A stretch of DNA of 64,000 nt. Source: a virus. Its lineage: Duplodnaviria; Caudoviricetes. Location of the stretch: IMG/VR virus record IMGVR_UViG_3300033075_000428, positions 32,001 through 96,000 of that record, one strand, 5' to 3'. Positions within the stretch are counted from its first letter, which is position 1. Every line of letters starts with the position of its first letter. The notes below the pieces were generated by a model that was given only the letters and a program-made list of their open reading frames with translations, ran no database searches and was not told the origin of the DNA. Below, one piece after another: positions 56,384 to 64,000 of the stretch. Made by a program: the position numbers and the translations under genes.

Positions 56384-56752
56384 TTACGACGTTCTGAGAG
56401 TCACTTGTTCTTGAATCTCACAAATTCCTGAAACCACTGTACGAACAGTTAGGTCTGGTGCTTTCCATTGTATGTCGAAGTAATACTGGCCTGCTGGGAT
56501 TGACGTGGTTGCTGAGCTAGGGATGACGAGTACAGTCTTCCCAGTGGTCGGGGACGAGTGATTTACCCAGTCAATAGCAATGAGTGCTTGGTTGTCAAGG
56601 TCTGTGCGATGCTTCTTGACCGTGAAGAAGAATTTGTAACCTGTGATGTTTACAGCTGTGTCAAGGTTGAGCGTAATGGTGAGTTCAATGGGAGTGTCGT
56701 CACCCTTGCGGACATAGAGACGAGACGTGGAGCTTGACGTTTGTGTTGACAT
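56384..56752 (-). CDS. BppU-like baseplate/Ig-type structural protein
   Basis: KGD...ITGY.F.FTVK...G...T....G.Y..DIQ...T...G. Confidence 0.6.
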   Translation of the reverse strand: MSTQTSSSTSRLYVRKGDDTPIELTITLNLDTAVNITGYKFFFTVKKHRTDLDNQALIAIDWVNHSSPTTGKTVLVIPSSATTSIPAGQYYFDIQWKAPDLTVRTVVSGICEIQEQVTLRTS

Positions 56753-56911
56753 TGTTGAGTGCTTGAGTTCTGAGTGTTGAGGGGATTGACGGTCTCTCTG
56801 GAGAGTAAAACGGGAGGGGTCTACCTATTTGGGTTGGGTGGTCGTTCTTGGGTTCGCCTTGGAGTGAGTTGATGGTTGTTGGAGAGTTTCTTTTACGAGG
56901 ATTGAACTGAG

Positions 56912-57457
56912 ATGGCACCAAGTGAGAAGGCAAAACCTGAATGGTTGATTGTTGGAACGAAATGGGTTGTTTCGTTTAAACACAGGTTTAATAACATAGA
57001 CCTAGAAGTACTTGCAACATTGCGAGTCATGGAACTGTCTGACAATGGTGACTTTGTTCGAATTGAGCTCGATAACTGTTCTCCTGAACGAATGCGTCAC
57101 AGTGGCTGGTATCTCGTTAAGAACGTTGAGTCGAAATTTCGATTCAAGGACACTGTTGGTGAATCGAATAAACCTGCTAATATATTGAGGAAGAGTTACC
57201 CTTGGCTAAAGGAAGGTAATGTGTTGTCTGTGATGTTTAATCGATATGGACAGCAATGGATACGGAGGTTGAAGATTCATGGCGTCTATCAGTTGAACAA
57301 GGTTAACATTGGAGAAACGAATGTGATTGTTGAGCTGATGAATAACCAAGCTGACGGTGTTACTGGGTACCTATTGCCTTCCTATGTTGGGGTGACAATT
57401 GATGAACTACTGTCTCAGTTCTACATTGCAGAGCATGAGGAGAGTAAAGTAGATTGA
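56912..57457 (+). CDS. hypothetical protein with two 'WLxxG' repeats
   Basis: EWLIVGTKWV and PWLKEGNVL; paralogous to 58340-59260. Confidence 0.7.
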   Translation: MAPSEKAKPEWLIVGTKWVVSFKHRFNNIDLEVLATLRVMELSDNGDFVRIELDNCSPERMRHSGWYLVKNVESKFRFKDTVGESNKPANILRKSYPWLKEGNVLSVMFNRYGQQWIRRLKIHGVYQLNKVNIGETNVIVELMNNQADGVTGYLLPSYVGVTIDELLSQFYIAEHEESKVD

Positions 57458-57496
57458 TTATTGGTTTAGGTGAATAACGTTTGAATTGGAGTTTGT

Positions 57497-58336
57497 TTGA
57501 TGAGCACAACAAAGACTGAGTACGTTTTCTTGCATGCGAAGAGGAAATACAATCCTATTACGCTGACAAGAGTAAGAACCGTTGGTAAGGACGGAAGTGT
57601 GAGCGTGACATGGTTCAACTCGCTCAACGGCGTAAAGACAGCTGCTGTGAACAAGCTATTCTATATTGGCTCACCAGAGTTAGTCGAGTATCTGATTGAG
57701 TTCAACAAGAGGAAGGTTTGGAGGGAAGACGACTTCTATCACTTCAGCATTCGACTTGGGGTGTATGACTTCTTCTGTGACGAGAAATCTTGGTCACTAG
57801 CTTGGGCTGGGCAATTCGTGAGCTTCAAGGAACCAATGACTGCGCAAGACGCAATGGAGTATACTAGCAGGTACTTGTGTAATGACATAGATGGGAATGA
57901 CCTACTCAAAGTGTACTATCATAAGAACTTTTGGGAGCGTGACTACTCGAAGGACAGGGGTGTTGACGAGTACTGTGTTCGCTTGAGGTTCAAGACAGAG
58001 TTGTACCCGAATAGCCAGTTGAAGAGGTCTCGTGGTTCGTTGTCAATGAAGAATGAGATTTTCGTTACTCGATGGAATCGATTCCACTTGACTCTTAAGT
58101 TGGAACTTGACTACGACCGTCTGTTCAAGATTTACGATTCGCTTCCTGCTGAGGTGAAGGACTTTACAATGTACGTCCCTGTTCGTGACAAGGATGACCA
58201 CGTTGTTGAGGTCAAGGGTACGAAGGTTGTCGTTGACAACGACGGGACTGAAGCGTTCAAGGTGTTGAGAGCCAGATATGTTCCTCTCGGCGAGGTGAGC
58301 AAAGAAGTGAAGAAACCAACACGAAAGAGGAGTTGA
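57497..58336 (+). CDS. hypothetical protein
   Basis: 279-aa ORF. Confidence 0.7.
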   Translation: MMSTTKTEYVFLHAKRKYNPITLTRVRTVGKDGSVSVTWFNSLNGVKTAAVNKLFYIGSPELVEYLIEFNKRKVWREDDFYHFSIRLGVYDFFCDEKSWSLAWAGQFVSFKEPMTAQDAMEYTSRYLCNDIDGNDLLKVYYHKNFWERDYSKDRGVDEYCVRLRFKTELYPNSQLKRSRGSLSMKNEIFVTRWNRFHLTLKLELDYDRLFKIYDSLPAEVKDFTMYVPVRDKDDHVVEVKGTKVVVDNDGTEAFKVLRARYVPLGEVSKEVKKPTRKRS

Positions 58337-58339
58337 CGT

Positions 58340-59260
58340 ATGCCACCAAAAGGATGTTACCCTTGGCTGATTGCTGGGACAAAGTGGGTTGCTACGTACA
58401 AGGAGAGTGCTGGAGCCAAGAAGTATAGTAAGAGGTACTTTTCCATTGGAGTTGAAGAAGTATCTTCCGACAGGACATTTGTGAAGTTATCGTTTAAGGA
58501 CGTGACGAACGCAATGCCCGATTGGCTCATTGAGTTTCATTCTTCAGGCAACTGCTGGTTTGTGACTGAAGGTGTAGACGCTTCGTTCGAGTTTCATGAG
58601 CAGATTGTGAAGAACCCTGAGCCACAAGTGGTGGTTATTGACGGAGTGAAGGTTAAAGAGGGAGAGAAAGTTCTCATAAAGAACGTACCTAGATTTGCGC
58701 TTCATGGTGAGGATGATTGGATTCAAGAAGGGCAAATCATTGTACAGTTTAACTTTGAGAACTATCATTCATATGGTTACTACTTTCGAAAGATGACAAT
58801 TGAAGAAGTCTCTGACGACAAGCGGTACATCAGGCTAAACCCAGAATTCTCGCAATCGATGTCTGACAAAAACGAGAAGCATTGTGCAAAGGTTCTTGGA
58901 TTTTCAAAAACGAAGTTGATTCCTGTGGACTTCCTGAAGTCTGTGTCTGGAAGAATCCGGAGATACGAAGATGAAGTACATATCACGCCACCTGTGCCAC
59001 CGAGTATTATAGTAGAGTCTGTGCAAATGAACTCTGGTAAGAGGACACTTCTCATCTCAGTCAACGAGAAGTGTCCCTGTTGTGGGAAACACAATACTCT
59101 TCGAGTGGCTCCACATATGTCTCAACTTGAGAAAACAAGTGGTGAGCAGACAATCGAATGCGATGGTTGTCGTAAAAAGTTGATTTTCCGATACTGGAAT
59201 GTCCCTGGAAATACTGTTAAAGATAGATTCCGCTGGAATCTTTTCCACAGGGTCATATGA
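58340..59260 (+). CDS. hypothetical protein: two 'WLxxG' repeats + C-terminal Zn ribbon
   Basis: PWLIAGTKWV, DWIQEG, CPCC...CDGC. Confidence 0.7.
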   Translation: MPPKGCYPWLIAGTKWVATYKESAGAKKYSKRYFSIGVEEVSSDRTFVKLSFKDVTNAMPDWLIEFHSSGNCWFVTEGVDASFEFHEQIVKNPEPQVVVIDGVKVKEGEKVLIKNVPRFALHGEDDWIQEGQIIVQFNFENYHSYGYYFRKMTIEEVSDDKRYIRLNPEFSQSMSDKNEKHCAKVLGFSKTKLIPVDFLKSVSGRIRRYEDEVHITPPVPPSIIVESVQMNSGKRTLLISVNEKCPCCGKHNTLRVAPHMSQLEKTSGEQTIECDGCRKKLIFRYWNVPGNTVKDRFRWNLFHRVI

Positions 59261-59716
59261 GCGACAAGAGCAACACGTGGGTTCCCGACGACATGATAAT
59301 CAGCGTTATCAGTTGGCTACCAATCACTGACGAGGCAATTCAAGAAGTGGAAGCGAACTTCTTGGGAGACAATTTCGAGATTCTCCTGACGGATGGGAAG
59401 CGTGTTGATAGCGCTTACTACATCACACACGGGAGAACCTTGGGATTCACTCACTTCGCAATCATCCCTACACCAGAAATCAAGTAACAAGCAATGGACT
59501 CACTGAAAACTCTTCAAGCAATTGGTATCAAGAAGTACATCGATGAGTGACATAACCAAATTCATCATTGGGCTTGACATTCCTGAAGAGGAGAAGCAAC
59601 TTGCTATTAAGCTTGACGAACAACAGCAAGACCTGCTGAAATTGCTTCAGCTTTACAATGAGCTTGAAATCATCAGGAAACTGAACACAATGGGATTCCA
59701 ATTGAACTGAGGTGAC

Positions 59717-60127
59717 ATGATTAACATCCACATGCGTCCTGTCCCTGGATACGAAGGATTGTACTTAGTGACGAACACTGGAATGGTGGTTTCTGTTGAA
59801 CGCAAGGTGAAGAAAGCAAACGGAAGAGAACAGAAAGTAGCTGGGCGGGTGTTGAAACCTTCGTACTATCGAGGCTACCAGAAAGTGGTTCTGTACTCGG
59901 GGAACACTGGCAAAACGTTCTTCGTTCATCGCCTTGTGTACTCTGCCTACTATGGTTTGTCTCCACATGAGACTATCGACCACATCGACGGTGTCAAACA
60001 CAATAATCACATCGACAATCTAGCCCCAATGTCTCGTGAAGAGAATACACGTCGCATGTGGGACAGAATTCGTGGTGTGGAAGTAACTTCATTACCAAAG
60101 CAACAACCTGTGTCCATTTCGTTCTAA
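59717..60127 (+). CDS. NUMOD4 + HNH endonuclease
   Basis: RPVPGYEGLY.V.N.G.V.S; VHRLV...IDHIDG.K.NN...NL. Confidence 0.85.
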   Translation: MINIHMRPVPGYEGLYLVTNTGMVVSVERKVKKANGREQKVAGRVLKPSYYRGYQKVVLYSGNTGKTFFVHRLVYSAYYGLSPHETIDHIDGVKHNNHIDNLAPMSREENTRRMWDRIRGVEVTSLPKQQPVSISF

Positions 60128-60132
60128 GCCCT

Positions 60133-60450
60133 ATGAGCCAACAGATAAACTGGATTGAAGACAAGCGAACTGGACGACTTGAGAGTGATTCAAACTCTCG
60201 ACTCTTCTATATCATCAATCGTACAACTGAACTAGACGGTGTGACACCGCTGAGATTCAAGTGGTTTCGATTCCCGTACATCGTGCTCATGAGCTTGCCT
60301 GCAGAACAGTGGTTCTTCATCTGTGGCTATGCGTTGACAAGAGAACAAGCAAAGACAAAGGCTGAACGCTTCAATCTCAAGTTGATGAAACAGCAAATTC
60401 ACAAGATTACTGTATTTCCAAGAGGACAGTATAGTGGCTTCAATTATTGA
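60133..60450 (+). CDS. hypothetical protein ('AKxxAxxxN' helix family)
   Basis: Start moved to MSQQINW; TREQAKTKAERFN. Confidence 0.55.
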   Translation: MSQQINWIEDKRTGRLESDSNSRLFYIINRTTELDGVTPLRFKWFRFPYIVLMSLPAEQWFFICGYALTREQAKTKAERFNLKLMKQQIHKITVFPRGQYSGFNY

Positions 60451-60654
60451 ATGGGACTTAGTAAACTGGTGGGATGAACTTGTCGATGACACGTTTACCA
60501 TTGTTTACTGCTACCAAGCCAAGAACAAGGAAACGGGAGAAGTGATTGCTGAACACTTCTCGTCGGACTCTGAAGAGACGAATCCCTTCAACACCCCAGG
60601 GTATACGGCTACGTTCAACAAGCTGTTTCCAGAGTGGGTTCTTGAGAGAGCACA

Positions 60655-60867
60655 GTGACCAAGCGAGGAGTGATTAAACGCTTTGACACTTACCACACAG
60701 ATGAGGTCACTTGTCCCTATTGCGGGTATGAACACGATTGTAGCCACGAATACTTTGACGTTGGGCAGGAATCAATAGACATTGGGTGTGAAGGATGTGG
60801 CAAAGAGTTCTTTGCGAAAGCTGAGAGCAATGCGAGATACACAACACGAAAGATAGGTGAGGCATGA
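60655..60867 (+). CDS. small Zn-ribbon protein
   Basis: CPYCG...CEGCGKEF. Confidence 0.7.
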   Translation: MTKRGVIKRFDTYHTDEVTCPYCGYEHDCSHEYFDVGQESIDIGCEGCGKEFFAKAESNARYTTRKIGEA

Positions 60868-61514
60868 CAAAGAGCGAAGTGTTGGACGGTTTGCAAAAAG
60901 CGCGAACTACCATTGAAGTCAAGGGAGCGCTGACCAATGAGATTGAATCCATCAACGCCGCCATCTCCATGCTCCAAAACACAACCATCTGGACACCATG
61001 CACGGAGCGGATGCCGACGGTAGAGGATGCTGATAAAGATGGATATGTAAACGTTCTACACGCAAATGGTCGGGCAGAGTATATGAAGTGGTTTTCCGTA
61101 CCAGACTGGATAAACGCTTATTCTGCTGAGCACAATGTCACTCACTGGTCACGCATCGAGCCGATGGAAGGAACAAAAATGAGTACTCACTACCAAACAG
61201 CATCAAGCGAGGAAGGTTGGAAAGCAGTACCGTCTAGTCAAAACCAAGACGCATGGTGTGTTGTACACCCAATGTGGAAGATTGCAACAGGTGGTGTAAG
61301 AGGACGTGTCGTTGAGTTCAATAAAGAACAAGCCCATGCATACGCTGCAGCCCTGAGATTGGTGGATTCTGGTGTGGTTCTAGGGGAAGCGATGAAGTTA
61401 GTGGAAGCATGGGACGAGGCTGATGACAAGAAAGAATTCTTGTCTGAGCGGATGGCCGCTGATAACATGGCGAACTATATCGAACGTATTGCTAGCATTG
61501 TAAAAGAGGATTGA
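60864..61514 (+). CDS. fusion: DUF551-like domain + 'DSGV' domain
   Basis: WTPCTERMPT..DA; AAALRLVDSGV. Confidence 0.7.
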   Translation: MTKSEVLDGLQKARTTIEVKGALTNEIESINAAISMLQNTTIWTPCTERMPTVEDADKDGYVNVLHANGRAEYMKWFSVPDWINAYSAEHNVTHWSRIEPMEGTKMSTHYQTASSEEGWKAVPSSQNQDAWCVVHPMWKIATGGVRGRVVEFNKEQAHAYAAALRLVDSGVVLGEAMKLVEAWDEADDKKEFLSERMAADNMANYIERIASIVKED

Positions 61515-61517
61515 CCT

Positions 61518-61733
61518 ATGCAATTGATTGACCCACAACCGATGGACACGTTACCTCAAACTGGTCGAGTATTCGTTACATTGCACCAGTATTCAGGTGG
61601 AACGAAACCTGCGCAGTTTACTGTTGAGAAAGACGTACGCTATATCCGCTCCGATATGGAACACTACGACGCAAACGATAAGTGGCGTACTGAATATATC
61701 TCATGGTCACAAGCGGGAAACCCAGGAGAATGA
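61518..61733 (+). CDS. hypothetical protein, 'PQPMxTLP' domain
   Basis: MQLIDPQPMDTLPQTGRVF...SWS. Confidence 0.7.
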   Translation: MQLIDPQPMDTLPQTGRVFVTLHQYSGGTKPAQFTVEKDVRYIRSDMEHYDANDKWRTEYISWSQAGNPGE

Positions 61734-61736
61734 ATC

Positions 61737-61967
61737 ATGGCTGATGTTGTATTCACTCATGAAGTACATATTCGTAATGGCAGACTCATCAACGATGACC
61801 CACAACGAAGATGCTATGATGGATGCTATTTCAAGAGCCACATGGAATGGGGTAAATGGGAGCATTTTCAAGACTGTGTGAGTGAAGATGTAGCAAAACT
61901 AGTTGTGAAGTCATTTGAACGTGAAGACCAACAACTGAAGGTTGTACCAAAATTCTGTCTCAATTAA
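61737..61967 (+). CDS. hypothetical protein
   Basis: INDDPQRRCYDGC, a recurrent phage pattern. Confidence 0.6.
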   Translation: MADVVFTHEVHIRNGRLINDDPQRRCYDGCYFKSHMEWGKWEHFQDCVSEDVAKLVVKSFEREDQQLKVVPKFCLN

Positions 61968-62183
61968 CTGAGTGACAATATGGCACTGAGTAACCAAAGC
62001 AAGATGGACTGGATATCAAGGGTGACAATACTGCTGTTCCTCAGCCTGTTGCTCCTTTGGATATGGTCTATGGCGTCCCACAACTAACGTATCGCAACTG
62101 AGTTTTCTAACCGTTAGGTAAATCAACCTAGCGGTTTTGTCGTTCTTAGAATCAATGACCACGACACAATACACTGGTGAAGC

Positions 62184-62840
62184 ATGCTGACAGTCCCTGA
62201 ACAGATTGCATTGGCTCAAAAGGTTGCTGAACTCTCGACTGTACGAGAACTTGCGTATGCGATGTATCGGAGAGTCGTTAAGATGGTTCCGTATAATACG
62301 AAGAAAGCACTCGATGAATATGGTGAACAGCTGAGAGACATTGATTCTTCAACCTATGCGAATATCCTGAACGTCCTATTGGACTTGATGAACACAGCGA
62401 AGGATGAGGATACACTCAAGAAATCTCTATTGATGCACGATATCCTGATGGGTAAGCAACACACGAAGAGCATTTTTCGTGGTCTCCCTAAAGACTCGTT
62501 GTTGTTCCTTGAGTATACTAAACTCCTTATGGCTGAGCGTGATCGCCAGCAAGAAGAGCAGTACTTGAGCATCATGGTCAATGGAGAGAATAAAACCTCA
62601 GCAAGGGGCTATGAATCGTATCTGCAGTCGATGGTCAGAGACGTTACTGTGTTGTTCAAGTCAGTACTTCACGGTGCTGATGACGCTGAGAATGCTGTAG
62701 CGTTGACTGATGAGGACAGACTAAAAATGTTGAAGAACTGTCTCAGTGCTTCGTTGAAACTCGCACGTGTGTGTATGACCCTGAATGCAGAGTTACGACC
62801 AGACCAAGTGGAAGAGATTGAAGCAGAACCACCATTCTAA
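62184..62840 (+). CDS. hypothetical helical protein
   Basis: 218-aa ORF. Confidence 0.65.
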   Translation: MLTVPEQIALAQKVAELSTVRELAYAMYRRVVKMVPYNTKKALDEYGEQLRDIDSSTYANILNVLLDLMNTAKDEDTLKKSLLMHDILMGKQHTKSIFRGLPKDSLLFLEYTKLLMAERDRQQEEQYLSIMVNGENKTSARGYESYLQSMVRDVTVLFKSVLHGADDAENAVALTDEDRLKMLKNCLSASLKLARVCMTLNAELRPDQVEEIEAEPPF

Positions 62841-62851
62841 CAGGATAAACA

Positions 62852-63640
62852 GTGCCTGAAGATAACAAGTGTCATAATCTCGACACTATCTTGAACGCCA
62901 AGATAGGTGAGTTGACAATTATCCAAACAAAGACTCCAGGGTTCACGTTCGATTACGAGAATGGTGTTATCACACTACAGCAAAATGGACATAATCATCC
63001 GAGAATCCCAAGGACAGTACGAACATGGCATGTTCCGTTCAAAAGCAAACCAATCGATGACGAAATTATAAGATTCATGCTTAAGAGGGAATATGAGAGA
63101 CTTGGAAAACCACGGTGGCTAGTTGTATACGACGCATGGACAACGTATAATTCTGATTTAGATATTCACACTCAGTTCATACGTTGTTCATGGATAACAG
63201 ACTATTCTATACAAAGAGCAGACGCTAGAGATTTAACTTGGTACGCATTCATTGATGATGAACGAGAAGTTCCTGAGGAACTCCAATATCTATATTGTAG
63301 GAGAGACTGGACTATTGTAAAGAACAATCAAGAATTCGCGCAAAGACTGAGTGAATTAGGCATACCAGAAGTTGTGAGCTTTGACTTCTACCTGTATAAT
63401 GGTAAATCAACACTTGAATCGATGACGTTGTTAGTCGACGCCATAATGAAGAAGGTTCTCTCCCTACAAGAAGGAGAAACATTCGTTCTTCCAATTGTGC
63501 TGGTTCACACTGATTCTCCGCAGGGACAAAAGCTCTTGTCACAGATTTGGGAGATGCAGTCAAAACAATTGTTGGCGACAGGCAAGGTGATTGCTGAGCC
63601 TGACAGATATAAACCACTTTTTGGAGACGATGGACGATGA
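62852..63640 (+). CDS. protein with C-terminal cyclic-phosphate-processing receiver-like domain
   Basis: FIDDER...W.IV.N..EF...P..VSFD..L...VHT.SP.G. Confidence 0.6.
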   Translation: MPEDNKCHNLDTILNAKIGELTIIQTKTPGFTFDYENGVITLQQNGHNHPRIPRTVRTWHVPFKSKPIDDEIIRFMLKREYERLGKPRWLVVYDAWTTYNSDLDIHTQFIRCSWITDYSIQRADARDLTWYAFIDDEREVPEELQYLYCRRDWTIVKNNQEFAQRLSELGIPEVVSFDFYLYNGKSTLESMTLLVDAIMKKVLSLQEGETFVLPIVLVHTDSPQGQKLLSQIWEMQSKQLLATGKVIAEPDRYKPLFGDDGR

Positions 63641-64000
63641 ATACAAACCTGACAGAGATTGCGGTCATTCTTGACCGCTCTGGTTCAATGGGGACTATCA
63701 AAGACTCAACCATTGAAGGGTTCAATGGTTTTGTTGACGAGCAGAAGAAGGGTACTGGTGAGATGAATCTCACATTGGTACAATTCGACACTGAGTATGA
63801 AGTGTTGTACACACGAAAGAACATTCAAGACGTTAAGTGTCTTGAGTTTCACCCACGGGGAAGCACAGCGTTGTATGATGCTATCGGCAGAACGATCAAT
63901 ACTCTTGGCAGAGAGATTGCGTGCACAGCACCAGCACAACGACCTGGAAAGGTACTCGTACTCATCATCACTGATGGTGAGGAAAACGCTTCGAAGGAGT
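63637..64000 (+). CDS. vWA-domain protein (runs off the window; not in ORF track)
   Basis: Hand translation MNTNLTEIAVILDRSGSM...PRGSTALYDAIG...IITDGEENAS; MIDAS motif; ATGA overlap. Confidence 0.9.
   Translation, partial: MNTNLTEIAVILDRSGSMGTIKDSTIEGFNGFVDEQKKGTGEMNLTLVQFDTEYEVLYTRKNIQDVKCLEFHPRGSTALYDAIGRTINTLGREIACTAPAQRPGKVLVLIITDGEENASKE

Noticed and set aside
62-56700. Numerous plus-strand ORFs of 60-150 aa in the track
   Set aside because: They are antisense shadows of tightly packed minus-strand genes; the same applies to minus-strand ORFs after 56.9 kb.
52176-56911. AGTAAAA(C) as a late-promoter motif in structural-gene gaps
   Set aside because: There are only a few short occurrences at inconsistent distances from start codons, which cannot be distinguished from chance by eye. 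No T4-type TATAAATA was noticed.
63637-64000. vWA gene as the missing Ro60/Rsr
   Set aside because: Ro60 has a large N-terminal TROVE domain before the vWA; here the MIDAS motif begins at residue 13.

Overview
This window is a 64-kb segment of a large, T4-related (jumbo-type) dsDNA phage genome. Genes are densely packed on the minus strand from 1 to about 56,750 and on the plus strand from about 56,900, often with ATGA/GTGA stop-start overlaps and AGGAG-type ribosome-binding sites. The host is probably a diderm, suggested by an OmpA-domain protein and a BBP2-type porin. Layout: (1) 1-32.7 kb is an accessory region of small, frequently paralogous and domain-shuffled ORFs. It includes an HNH nuclease, a pyrimidine-dimer-glycosylase-like protein, a five-gene coiled-coil/PspA-like + SBP-OmpA + ABC transporter operon, a GNAT, an R2K-like ATP-grasp, tRNA-Arg(UCU), a porin, a SpoT/Mesh1-like HD hydrolase, four tandem paralogues, a MazG-like protein and a stand-alone class II aaRS-like domain. 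(2) 29.3-30.2 kb is a mostly non-coding cassette of four Y RNA (YrlA-like) genes, two carrying a circularly permuted, anticodon-less tRNA domain, with no Ro60/Rsr gene in the window. (3) 32.8-43.4 kb holds otherwise unrelated proteins sharing two short leader motifs (14 here plus one at 52-53 kb), probably head-packaged proteins; two of the 15 are ADP-ribosyltransferase-like. They lie next to a T4 gp20-like portal. (4) 45-56.8 kb holds tail-fibre/structural genes and an AT-rich iterated non-coding repeat. (5) The plus-strand block has a NUMOD4-HNH, a cyclic-phosphate-processing receiver-like protein and a truncated vWA gene. All family calls come from motif recognition by eye; no database search was run.
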